Origin: Phyllobates terribilis
Lineage: Eukaryota
NCBI RefSeq assembly: GCF_046119375.1
Contig: NW_027362763.1
Location: 101,928,001-101,992,000 of the forward strand
Direction: 5' to 3'
DNA: 64,000 nt
The stretch's first letter is position 1; each line of letters starts with the position of its first letter. Position numbers and translations under genes: made by a program. Below, in pieces: positions 23,418 through 35,545 of the stretch. The notes beneath the pieces were generated by a model that made no database searches, was not told the origin of the DNA, and saw only the letters and a program-made list of their open reading frames with translations.

Positions 23418-23820
23418 AGCACAGGGGCTCCTTCAGGCAGGATTTTTGTAATATTGAAAAGTATCACCCTGAGAATCCCTTTTGTCAATTTTTGGGCATA
23501 AAAGAATTACCTGTGGATGTTCTCAGAGGGGCTTCACTTGTAGCCAATAGCATCACATTAGCCCCTCAGTGCTGCTCCTATATGGTCACTGTACTAATGA
23601 GCCGCACAATAACCAACCATGCGTTTCCTGTAGCCTCTGGTGTCCCTTTCTCCCTGGAAGCCAGGTTCATTTAGATCATTAAAAGATTTTGTTTTTAAAT
23701 ATTGTTAAACATGAATAGCATTTAATTTTTTATTTAACTAGTTTCAGATTTCAGTGATCTGATCACAGCTGTAATCGGTGGAGATCTCAGCAGTAAGATC
23801 TCCATTATGATATTACATAA

Positions 23821-25272
23821 TCTTTGAAAATTCTTGGAGAACAGGAGAAGTCCCAGAAGACTGGAGAAGAGCAAATGTTGTTCCTATCTTCAAAAAGGGG
23901 AAGAAGGTGGACCCAGGGAACTATAGGCCGGTGAGTCTGACTTCTATACCAGGAAAGATCTTTGAACAAATTATTAAACAACATGTATGTAAGTACATGG
24001 ATAAGAATGAAGTGATTAACCAGAGTCAGCATGGGTTTGTAACTAACAAGTCATGTCAGACTAACTTAATTTCCTTCTATGACAGAATCACTGACTGGGT
24101 GGACCAGGGAAATGCTGTAGATATAGTATATCTTGACTTCAGCAAAGCATTTGACAAAGTATCTCACACCATCCTTATTGAAAAAAATGACCAAGTATGC
24201 AATGGACCAGGCAACAGTTAGGTGGATTCATAACTGGCTTGGTGATCGGACTCAAAGGGTTGTTGTAAATGGCTTCACATCCAGCTGGATGAATGTCTCA
24301 AGTGGGGTACCACAGGGCTCCGTCCTGGGACCTGTATTGTTCAACATCTTTATCAATGATTTAGATGAAGGAATTGAGGGTAAACTGATTAAATTTGCTG
24401 ATGACACAAAGCTAGGAGGGATAGCTAATACTAGAGAAGAGAGAGAGAGGATTCAAAAAGACCTAAATAAACTGGAGAAGTGGGCAGCAACCAACAGAAT
24501 GGTTTTTAACAGGGAAAAATGCAAAGTACTACATCTGGGCAATAAAAATGAAAAAAGCATATACAGAATGGGAGGAATAGAGCTAAGCAACAGTACATGT
24601 GAAAAAGACTTGGGTATATTAATAGATCATAGACTGAACATGAGTCAACAGTGTGATGCAGCAGCAAAAAAGGCAAATACAATTCTGGGATGTATTAACA
24701 GAAGCATACAGTCTAGATCACGTGAAGTCATTATCGGTCTTTACTCCTCTTTGGTCAGACCTCATCTGGAATACTGTGTACAGTTTTGGGCACCACATTT
24801 TAAAAAAGACATAGACAAACTGGAGCAAGTTCAGAGAAGAGCGACCAGAATGGTGACTGGTCTGCAAACCATGTCCTATGAGGAACGGTTGCAGGATTTG
24901 GGAATGTTTAGCTTGCAAAAAAGAAGACTGAGAGGAGACTTAATAGCTGTCTACAAATATGTCAAGGGCTGTCACATTGTAGAAGGATCATCTTTATTCT
25001 CATTTGCACAGGGAAAGACTAGAAGCAATGGGATGAAACTAAATGGGAGGAGACACAGATTAGATATTAGAAAAAACTTTTTGACAGTTAGGGTGATTAA
25101 TGAGTGGAACAGGCTGCCACGAGAGGTGGTGAGTTCCCCTTCAATGGACGTCTTCAAACAGAGGCTGGACAGACATCTGTCTGAGATGATCTAGTGAATC
25201 CTGCTTTGAGCAGGGGGTTGGACCAGATGACCCAGGAGGTCCCTTCCAACTCTACCATTCTATGATTCTATG
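23821..25272 (+). mobile_element. 5'-truncated CR1 LINE with long RT frame and (ATTCTATG)n tail
   Basis: [49 protein letters not shown]; one frameshift near 24185; ends attctatgattctatg. Confidence 0.92.
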
Positions 25273-25339
25273 AACTCACTAGAGAAATTAAAGAAATCAA
25301 AATTTGAAATACAACAGACACAAACTATGGATAAAAATT

Positions 25340-25650
25340 TGTCCACGGTATAAATTAAATTGACAAATTCTCCTATTTAAAATCTTTCAGATTTTATCAC
25401 AAAATGTAAACTCTGCAGACTTTATCCTTAATCTAAAAATTTATTTTTGAGAACTTTTAACCCTGGGAAACAAGCGCCTCACCTCCAGCAAACTTCTCTT
25501 CATCAGCAACCGCAAATATACTGTCCCCATTTTCCCAATATTTCCTCTAAAATGTATGACGAAGATGTCTGTCTGGGAACCTATCACTCATCATGAAGGT
25601 TTGATCAATCAAGCCATCCCGTCGTTAACCTTTTGAGCCCCAGCCAGCAG
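25340..25650 (-). pseudogene. Decayed SGNH-hydrolase-like ORF fragment (paralog ~47270-47600)
   Basis: The paralog translates WLGLGCQ*WDGLIDQTF...PDIFVIHLRGNIGKMG...LMKRRMMDVRSLFP...LNRRI, resembling the PDxLVIHxGGND block of retroelement-borne SGNH domains; stops present. Confidence 0.4.
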
Positions 25651-26129
25651 ACCCTTACTCGAACGTTGGATTTTTTGTTTTATAATTTTGTGAATAAAAC
25701 ATGTCTGAAATTTCCAAATCATCACATTCTTCTTTACACATTTTCTTTTGGAATTGGGGTTGCACATTATTTATCTTTCTTACTCCACAAACAGAACAAG
25801 TTTTAATCAAATAAAGACACAAGTTTTCCCAATTGTGCTGAGGAGGAAGCAGACAACACATGTGCTGTGGAGCTGTCCGGAGTTATCGGTAACAATATTT
25901 TGGGATGATGGAATATGTGGTATATATACTGTAACAGGAGATTGGGACAGAAGTGATGTTACTCTAATATGGAAGGAAATAATTAAAATGATGATGTAAA
26001 ATATAAATTATTAAAATAACCTATAATTAACAAATGTTTCATCTGAATATTGTATGAAGAAATTATCTGTATTTTATCCATCGATCTTGTATATCTACAT
26101 TTTTGTGGGAAAAAGTATAATTTTCATCT

Positions 26130-26830
26130 TTGGGAGCAAGTCAGGGCTCGGAAGGGAAGGAGCACCATTTGACTTTTGGAAAGCAAACGTGTCTGGAATA
26201 GATAGTGGACACCATGTCATGTTTGTGGAGCCCCTGATGTGCCTAAATGGTGGAAACCTGCCACAGGAGACCCCATTTTGAAAACTATACTTCTCAAGGA
26301 ACTAAGAGGTGCGGTGAGTGCCTTGAACCCACAGGTGCTTCACAGAATTTTATAATGTTGAGCTGTGAAAATGAAAAAATACATTTTTTCCAACAAAATT
26401 GTTGATTCGGCCCCAATTTTTAATTTTCACAAGGATAACCAAAGAAAATGGTCTATACATTATTTATTTTTTTTTTTTTTAAGCAATTTCCCCTGAGTAC
26501 ATCAAAGCCCCATATGTGGTAGAAAATAACGAACTTCTTTTAAAGCAGAATGCAAAACTCAAAAGGGAAGAAGAGCCATAGTGGTGCACAGAATTTGCTG
26601 AAATGGTTTGAGGGTGCCATGTCATATTAGCAGAACTCCTAAGGTGTCAGAACAGGAGAACTCCCATAAGTGACCCCATTTTACAAACTACTCCCACAAT
26701 TGATTTCATTCAGGGGTGCCATGAGCATGTTCGGTCACAGTATGTCATACCGTTGGACAGTGAGGAAAAAATAATTACATTTTGTTCTAAGTATGCCAAA
26801 ACCCTATATGTAATTGGGAAACACTTTTTA
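26130..26830. repeat. Internal fragment of a large non-autonomous DNA-transposon-like repeat (paralog ~48660-49370)
   Basis: Homologous block in both units; termini not resolved. Confidence 0.4.
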
Positions 26831-26861
26831 GGCACAATGGAAACCTCAGAAGAGTAGGAGC

Positions 26862-27799
26862 TAGTTATGACCTAGCACTAAAATGCTCGGATACGCTTTA
26901 CTTGGGTCGAGGAAATCCTAATGCTCGGGTGCTCGACCTGAGTAACGAGTACACTGTAAATCAATGGGGAAACTCGAGCATTTTTCTAGTGACCCTGCAT
27001 GAGCAGTGCATACAGCTGAATTTCACTGCCACAAAATGACAAGGTGAGATATGGCTTGGTGTATGACGTTAGCAACTGAAAAAAATTGTTTTAAAATAGA
27101 GCTGAATTTCAACCCCACCAAATGACAAGATGAACTACTATGGCTTACTTTTTTTTCACTTGCTAATGTGAAACAGCATTTTTAAAGGTGTACTCGTGCA
27201 TGGAGCACAATAGAAGCAGTGCACGACAGACTTCTGTGACATGGGCCCTGCTGTCTGTGTGGATCTTGGTAATGGTACAAGAAGAAAAAAAAATCTGCTG
27301 TAAGGTCGATTTCACAGCCACACAGGACAATAGCGATCTAAACTATCTGACTTGGGCGGTTGCTTCTATCTAACTAGCTAAAATCTCTCAGTATACAGGA
27401 ACAGCTCATGTCCACTTTCTATATTGAGGACATTGTTTTTTTCAGCAGCCAATGGCACAAGCCCTTGTCTGGACAGTGGGGATGCTCACTGCACCCTGAT
27501 TGGCTAGCCGCACACATAGTTAGGAAAAAAATTACAAGTGCGCCACTCCTCTGAGCACTTCAGAGCTCTCCCCAGCCCCTCCCCTCATCAAACCCCTCCC
27601 CCCGCTCATCATACACCACCACTATGCTAGCTATAGTATTTAGTTGCAACACAATAATTTCCCGCACTTTTTCACCAGTTTTACCTATTTTTGCAGATTT
27701 TAATAAAAAATGCTGGTTTCCGATCACTAATCCGAATGTGCCATTTTGTGCCGAATTTGAAACTTGCGCTTGTTTTTTGAACATATTCGCTCATCACTA
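26862..27799. mobile_element. Old non-autonomous hAT-like element predating the duplication (paralog ~49370-53055, later interrupted)
   Basis: Right end CGCTCATCACTA, degenerate left end TAGTTATGA..., CTCG/CGAG subterminal motifs; no clean TSD. Confidence 0.5.
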
Positions 27800-28050
27800 G
27801 TCCTCACTTCTCAGATGTTTACAGACTGATGGCAATGACATATCTCAAGATATATCTCCCCTCTACTTTTTACACCAATTTCTAAATGCGTTAATATTTT
27901 CAAATGTGACAAGAAAAAGTCCAACGTTCACCTTCTAATCTGTTTCCTATAGTATGTTGTAAAGAAACTATATAAGAAATTTCCAAATCATTGCATACTT
28001 GTTCTCTATAGATCTTATGCAGTGACCCAATTGTTTTGGAATTGGGGTTA

Positions 28051-28490
28051 TCTATAATATAACGCTACAAGCGTCCCTCTGTCCGAAGCCACTATAGACT
28101 GCGCATGTGTGACGCGCAGTCTGGCTCCAGACAGAAGACTGCATCCAGCCGTTACAGGTAATAGGAGTGTATACCGCGATCTCCGGCTTACCTGACCCGG
28201 AGGAGCATTGCCGCAGCACCTCTGTTCTGGCCGGAAGCGGAATGTGGCGTCTGAATCGGCGCATGTACATAGCGCGCTATCCGCTGCCATTTTACTGAAG
28301 ACACATTGAGACCGGATAGCGCAGTATGGGCACACGCATACTCTAGCGACACACTTCTCCCCCAGCTTCCGGATGGGGCCAGCACATAACCGGATGGGGA
28401 TACAGGATGGGGGCGGCATGTAGCAGGATGGGGGAGCATATACCAATAAAAATGTTCACCACCCGGGCATAAAACAGGTTCAATAGCTAG
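28051..28490 (+). mobile_element. Non-autonomous Helitron-like element
   Basis: 5' TC, 3' CTAG, inserted between A (28050) and T (28491) without TSD; paralogous site ~53300-53320 is empty. Confidence 0.65.
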
Positions 28491-28679
28491 TATTATATAA
28501 TAATGGGAGCCGTGCTGTGTCGGACAGATAATCAATTTAAGGAATGACTTTCATATTTGTATCCATTTACAAGCCTCCAGAGAACCAATGTTCTCACAAA
28601 TCCACTGGGTGCTGTATGTATGGAGGGGAAGACAACTGAGAATGAAGATTAAATTCTAAATCTATAAATAATCCATGCA

Positions 28680-28930
28680 AAATATTGAATTTTCTAGGCA
28701 CCATTTCAGGGAATACAATGGTGTATAGAATGAGGGGGAGAAGGCAGCTAGTGATTGATACAATTCTACCCAACATGGAAAGTTTAATTTTTTTTCCACA
28801 TTTACTTTTCTTCTAAGCTTCCAAAAAAACCCATTCCCGAGACCAAATATTTAACCTAATAATGTCCTCAATACAGGGTGAAACATTGATCCCCAGATAT
28901 TTTAACCCAAATTCCTCAGGCACAGATTGG
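28680..28930 (-). mobile_element. Old L1-like ORF2 fragment
   Basis: LKYLGINVS and LSMLGRIVSITSCLLPLILY resemble L1 post-RT motifs. Confidence 0.4.
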
Positions 28931-29271
28931 TTTCAACAATATTGCAAATATACAGAAATGTAACATCCAGGCATGTAGCCCATTGTAAACTTTAGGGGAC
29001 AGATATACAGTATTGTGGAAAAGTTTTAGGCAGGTGTGAAAAAAATGCTGCCTAGTAAGAAGCTTCCAAAAAACAAATGTTAATTATTTATTTTTATCAA
29101 TTAATAAAATACAAACGGAACAAAACATAAATCTAAATAAAATAAATATTTGACCACCCTTTGCCTTCATCAGTTCTTCTAGGTACTTGTACTTGCACAC
29201 AGTAGTTGAAGGAGGTTTTTCCAAATATTTGGTAGTTGAGGAAGTTCAGTTCTCAATTTTGTTGCTTTACT

Positions 29272-29735
29272 TCAAGACCTTAATTTTCCAAGGAAATTTA
29301 AGGTAAATTTAAGGTAATTGAAGATGGAGAACTGACTGTTGAGGAGAGGTACATTGAGTGAGGAGATTGTCAAATGTGTATTGGCTTCTCTCGACATCTC
29401 CCAACAAGCAGGTGAAGTGCAGTCTGGACTGTGTCTCCAGTTAATGTAGGCTTGGTACATTGGATCGTTTTCCATTGCTTCACACCAGGGGAAATATCCA
29501 GTCAAAGCAATGAAGAGAAGAACTCCAAAAGCCCAGGAATATATATATATAGTAGGGCTCAAGATTAAATATTCTTTCAAGTCACACAACTCTGGAGACA
29601 TGTACGGGATTATGTGACATGGATAACGCATAGGTACCCACAGGTTGGGTTGAACCAAAGTCGCTCAGCTTGATTTGGTAACAGTCTTTGTCCATGAGCA
29701 ACACATTGTCCGGCTTCAGGTCCCTGTGCACCAAC
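29272..29735 (-). pseudogene. SBK-like kinase pseudogene copy C (partial last exon)
   Basis: In-frame VHRDLKPDNVLLMDKDCYQIKLSDFG, then a frameshift; YMSPELC, WAFGVLLFIALTGYFPW; 5' part missing. Confidence 0.85.
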
Positions 29736-30490
29736 TCTTTATCATATAGTCGTGTATAACAGTCGAGTGCTGTCCAATGTTATACTGGATAGCGCTCTGT
29801 CCAATGTTATACAATGCGACAGTGCAGAAATGCAATGATTTTCTCGTGTCGATTCGGCATGCTGCGATTGCATCTGAGAATCTGCTGACACACACCCATA
29901 CAAGTCTCTGGTTACGTGTGAAACATTTGACTGCACTCGGATGTCATCCAAGTGAAGTACAGTATACGCCGAGACAGGCAATGGAGGAGACTAAGAAATT
30001 ACTTGGTCTCCTCTGCACCTGTGCTGTGATTTTCATTTGAGGATTGGAGCACAGTATTGGAGTATTATATGCAATACTCACACATGTTAAAGGTTCCTCT
30101 ACTTTGCATAATTGCAGACCCCTCAGATGTTTTGAATACAAAGACGTGGTAGGAATGATCACCCCACCATATCCCTCCATAAAGTCTTAATGAATTTCCA
30201 CTTTGGATCCATGAGTCAGTGCGATACTTTCTGTATGGATCAATATAAATGGATTGCAGGCTTTGGTAATAAGACGTAATGCAGAACCCATAAAGCAGCA
30301 CATTATAATAAACTCAAGCTGTTACATAACCACTATAGAGCAAACCCAGAGGCAAAAATAGTAAAATGTGTAATTTATTAAGTTTGGCAATCGATAGAAT
30401 ATACAACAGAAAACATATATTATGGTGGAAAAAAGTAAAAAAAAACAATGCCCTACTACAGAAGGAATCTGTAAACTCAAACTCAAGCTG

Positions 30491-31092
30491 TCAGTTGTCC
30501 CCTACGTCTATTACCAATTCATCTTCATCAACTGCCAAGTTGGAACCATACTCCAAGATGTTTAATTTCCAGGGAATATTTAGGGAATCTAAGACCGAGA
30601 GAACTGGATGTCAAGAAAAGGGACATGGAGTGAGGAGATTGCAAAACATGTTCATGGTGTCTCTTGAAAATCTCTCCCAATGAGCAGATGGAGGAGAACA
30701 GTCTGGACTTTGTCTCCAGTTTATGTAGACTTGGTACCTTACATCAGTTTTCATTGCTTCTAGCCAGGGGAAATATCCAGTCAAAGCAACAAAAAGAACA
30801 ACCCCAAAAGCCCAGATATCTATAGTAGGGCCCAAGATTAGATATTCCTCTTCTTTCAAGTCACACAATTCTGGATACATGTACTGAATAATATGTGACA
30901 TGGACGACACATAGGTTCCCACAGGTTGGGTCAAACCAAAGTCACGCAGCTTGATTTGGTAAGTCTCTGTCCATGATCCACACATTGTCCGGCTTCAGGT
31001 CCCTGTGCATCAACCCTCTACCATGCATATAGTCCAGAGCTGATGATAACTGTAATGAGCACCTCCTTGACTGCATCCTCAGGAATTCCAGC
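30491..31092 (-). pseudogene. SBK-like kinase pseudogene copy B, last exon
   Basis: CAG|GCT GGA ATT CCT; HRDLKPDN; RDFG; DIWAFGVVLFVALTGYFPW; native end ELVIDVGDN-TGA (30491-30493); frameshifts. Confidence 0.85.
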
Positions 31093-31430
31093 CTGCAGAA
31101 AACAGATAAGACACTGCACAAGAAAATCTCATAATATTTATCTAAAGCAAAAATACTAAACTTTGATCATTTTGCTGCTGTTGGGACAGAGGATGCTGCA
31201 GTAGGTGAAACTGCTACTGTGATGGTCATGTGGCATAAAATGGTGCTTTAGGAAACCCTCTTCCACCCTTTGACAGGGACAATGTATTCACAAAGACCCC
31301 CACACAAATTTAGTTAATTGGCTATGATTAATGGGGGGGGGGTATATAGATTCTCCCCCCTGACTGGTGTATTACCAGCCCTTGATGTTTCACAATAAAG
31401 TATGGGTATATTGTATGGAGCCTTACTTAC

Positions 31431-31643
31431 CTCACTTTGGATAAGATGATGCAAAGCGCTGGATAAGATGATGCAAGGTGCCTGCCGTTGCCAACTCCTG
31501 AGTCAGTACATAGTGGTCCATTGTGCTAATAAAGATGGGATATGTGCTGATGTCAGAAAGGGTGATAGACAACGACAACTCCATCAGAAAGGTTTGCAGT
31601 GGAGTTCTGTCCTTCCTCACGAATTTTACAGCCACTGCGCCTC
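31431..31643 (-). pseudogene. SBK-like kinase pseudogene copy B, internal exon
   Basis: GGAVAVKFVRKDRTPLQTFLMELS...QELATAGTLHHLIQ; a 22-nt tandem duplication causes a frameshift; AG and GT sites intact. Confidence 0.8.
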
Positions 31644-31876
31644 CTAAAGAGAAAAAAAATTTCATAAATTTTAAGATCTCAAACATTATATTCGAACACA
31701 TTCCCATCACCACTAGCAATAGACACGAGCGGTTTGCTGGTGGATATCAATCCTTAATCCTCAAGCTCACTTCTGACGCAGCCCAAATATGCTAGTTTGG
31801 GGACAGTTTGGATTTACACCATTTTAATCCCTTATTTACCATAATAAATCTGATGCCAGATGTGTTTGGTGGTCAC

Positions 31877-32176
31877 TAGCGTTGAGCGAGTATGTTCTGT
31901 CCGAGTATGCTCGGACCAAGCTCTGAGTAGTTACAGCTGCTCGGTGATATGGTTGAATCGCTCCCGTGTGCATGATTTGCAACGGTTTGACAGCTTTATT
32001 ACATGGGAGGAATGTGTAAGAAATAGACATTCCTCACATGTAATAAAACTGTCAAACAGTTGCAAATCATGCACACGGGAGCGATTCAACCATATCACCG
32101 AGCAGCTATAAATACTCGGAGCTCGGCCTGAGCATACTCGGCGAAAGGATTAATAGAACATACTCGCTCAACACTA
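31877..32176. mobile_element. 300-bp hAT MITE
   Basis: TAGCGTTGAGCGAGTATGTTC / GAACATACTCGCTCAACACTA; TSD GTGGTCAC (31869-31876, 32177-32184); long internal palindrome. Confidence 0.9.
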
Positions 32177-35000
32177 GTGGTCACTTATCCCTTTTTTATT
32201 TAAAAATGAAATGCACATTTGATTAAACCATGCAGTTAATTTAGAGGAAAATAAGAGAAACCGTGTGAGGCTGCTGTGCACATTAGAACTAAGTTGACCG
32301 AACCAGCGAATTAGTGCAGAATTGACTATCTGAGGGGTTTGGCATCCTTCCAACTCTCCAGATAGATGTCAGGGAACAGAAAGATCAGGAAGATAGAAAC
32401 TTATTGCACAATTGTTTGTTTTTTGGAGCTTTAAAAATCACTATCATAAGTAATACACAAAAGAACTGTCAGCCTCATGATATCTTGTCTGACTAACCCG
32501 TACAAAGGAATGTCTGGCTCGGATGGGGATATAAAAATTCAGCTGTTTGAGTTCAATCTCATGATGTATTTTTCCTTCATAGAGATAATTTTGACAGCGG
32601 CTATCTAACATTAAACCCAGGACCTCTCTCAAGCATTCATGTGTTCTCTATGATAGAGCCACTGCTGGAATAATCTAGTGGCCACTTATCTCCAATGAGA
32701 AAAAAAGTATTGAGAGGCTGAACTCCCAACTTTTTCATCCTTTTTGTCACCTGATGTCTTCTGTCAGGTACACATTTGATGGCGCAGCCTATAGATATAT
32801 TTAGATGGCCATTTGTATGGTCTGAGAGTAAAATTGGCCACACAAATGGATATTTTTCTACAGACCTTTGGCAGATCCAGCTGAATTTGATGTGAACAGT
32901 TGACAAGCAGATGCTCATACACAGAAATATCAAGGTCTCGTATACTAAAAATTGCTATCAAGCTAAGACCTATTTCTCCCGATCTCCCTATTGTCATATG
33001 ATACTTATTTAACCCAGCATCATGTGTCTGGAAAGAGTTGACCATTGCTGCTATGCGTATGGGCTTTTTTATATCTGATGTAGCTAAATATAATTTGGAT
33101 CTGTCTGTGATCTACATATAAATATCCCAGCTCTATGGCCAGATAAACTCATTATTTCATTTTTATGCATAATTACCACTTTTATTTCATCAATCTACAT
33201 AACTGACCATATTTTGTTTTTTTGCCTTGTTGGCATACCTGTTAATTTGTTCTGTGCCAGTAGAACTTTTCCGTTTGACCCGTGGCCCAGATCCTTGATG
33301 ACATTATAGCATTCAGAAATTTCCTGAATCTCCAAGATTTGGAAGGCAGCCATTGCTGCTTGGAAGTAGCTTTGGGCTAAGCAGCAGAAACTCAGTAGGA
33401 CTCATAAAGGAAAATATAAGTAATTGATTAATACAGCATCATACAGTGATTACATTTCTGAGTTCTGTGGGCACTCATCATAATTAAGCCCCATGATCAT
33501 TTAGAAACCCATCATAAAAAGATGTGCCAGTCTGGGAAAGGATGGTTGACAACCCTTGTAAAAAGTTACTTGGTGGGCATATTGGTGGTCACTAACCTTT
33601 TCATAAAGCAATTGCGATCATAGACAAAATTAGGATAAATCTAAATGGTTCTACAGTAGAACAGAAGTGTTTTTTATCTAGAGATTAGTTTTTATATTTT
33701 TGAGAATTAGGACAAGTAAGAAAATTAATCTGTGCCTGGTGTAATGTTACTAGAAATGAGAATGGTTGGTTGGTTGTTTGATCATATGGCAAGAATACCT
33801 CATCACCATAATAAATAAGCGGATATACCTTTGAAAAGTAGTCTTACCTGGGTTGGGTTTTTGGTGAAGTTGATGATAAATTAGGTTCTGCTCCAAAAAG
33901 TTGAGTGATCTCACTTATGATTTTGTCTGAGAGGTCCTAGCTCCACAGAGAAGTTCTCAGGAATAAATGAACAAGACCCATGTACTTCTAGCTTTTATAG
34001 GGAAGCAGCTAACTGGCAATTAGGTCCATCCTCCTCCTTTGCCAGTTGGATGTCATAAACCTCCATAGGATTACAGAGGAATGTGTCACCTAGAACATGG
34101 ACATTCATGTAGACCCTATTGTCATTTAATTAGTAAACAGTCTGTCTAAGGAGCTGGTTGTGCCACAATGGTACCAGGGAGGCCCCCACCTTAGTATTTT
34201 GTATTTCTAGTAAATTGCAAATGTTCTGAATTTATTCCACCACCCTATATTCACGTCACACCTTCCCGACCTCCTGCTGCTTACACCAAAAGTTTTTGGT
34301 TCTTGTCGCCAGTGTTTATGGCCATAAACTGACTCAATATATCTTGTAGAATAGTCTTGTCTCAACTGACCTTAGCCCCTTCACAACCCTGAGATTTTCC
34401 CTTTTTTTGCATTTTCGTTTTTTGCTCCCCTTGTTCCCAGAGCCATAGCGGTTTTATTTTTTGGTCAATATGGCCGTGTGAAAAAAAAAAAATAGCGCCA
34501 TTTTCTAAGACTTGTAGCATCTCCATTTTTTGGGATCTGGGGCCAGATGAGGGCTTATATTTTGCACACCGAGCTGAAGTTTTTATTGAAACCATTTTGG
34601 GGTAGATTCGATGTTTTGGTTGCCCGTTATTGCATTTTATTGCAATGTTGCGGCGACCACATAACGTAATTCTGACGTTTTAGAATTTTTTTCTCTTTAC
34701 ACCGTTTACCGATAGGATTAATTCTTTTTTTATATTGATCGGGCGATTCTGAACACGGCGATACCAAATGTGTATGTAGGTTTTTTTTTTCATTTTAATT
34801 TGAATGGGGCGAAAGGGGAGTGATTTAAACCTTTTTATATTTTAATTTTTTAAATATTTTTAAAAACCTTTTTTTTTTGCTTGCTTCTATTGTCTCCATA
34901 GGAGACTAGAAGCAGCACTTGTCTCATCGCCTCTACTACATACAGATGATCAGCAGATCACCTGTATGTAGCAGAAATGGTCCTGTGCTATGAGCGCCGA

Positions 35001-35015
35001 CCACTAGGTGGCGCT
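35001..35015 (+). promoter_or_regulatory. CTCF-consensus motif CCACTAGGTGGCGCT within the piggyBac-like element
   Basis: Match to the CCASYAGRKGGCR consensus; binding not shown. Confidence 0.4.
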
Positions 35016-35545
35016 CATAGCAACCAGCTCATGACAACCACTGGTTATGACTAGTGTTGAGCCACCCCCGTAGTGTTCGAGTTCGGTTCGGTTCGTCGAA
35101 CACCCGTGTGTTCGCCGAACTGTTCGTCGAACACCTTCGAACACCGTTAAAACCAATGGCAGGCAAACAAAAACACATAGAAACACATAGAAAACACCTT
35201 CAAAGGTGTCCAAAAGCTGACAAACTGCTCAGAAGACACAACTAACACATGGAAAAGTGACAAGTACATATAGTCATGCGAAAATAAAAGAGGTGGAGGA
35301 GTAAAAGGAGGGGGAGACACAGATATAGGCATGTCATGCCCTTCTAAAATCCAAAAAGTGAGAAGCCGACACTGCCAGTCCGCTCCTGCCCGTGCCACCT
35401 CCGTGTCGCCGGGTTTGTGCCAGAGCCGCGGTGAACCCTGATGGCCAGCCCCCCTCTCCCAATACTGGTGCCTGTCCGCTGGTGGGTCGAGAGAGCCCCC
35501 CTGTGGTGGAGGCAGCTCTAAGCTTTTTAATTTAAATTGTCTCTC

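Larger units (their letters stand above)
3500..28680. repeat. Segmental duplication unit 1 (paralogous to ~29741-53490 once TE insertions are removed)
   Basis: Colinear homologous blocks: 3500-4170~29741-30490; 7457-11035~30495-34370; 11036-11390~44824-45170; 22690-23820~45315-46067; 25273-26040~47195-48030; 27790-28680~53060-53490. Confidence 0.85.

Noticed and set aside
22868-23674. 206-aa and 248-aa ORFs
   Set aside because: They are open only because they span the N gap.
26854-27807. 8-bp TSD for the old hAT-like element
   Set aside because: The flanks GTAGGAGC and GTCCTCAC do not match, so the boundaries remain tentative.
29020-29180. Possible Tc1 terminal fragment
   Set aside because: Too short and degenerate to define ends or family.
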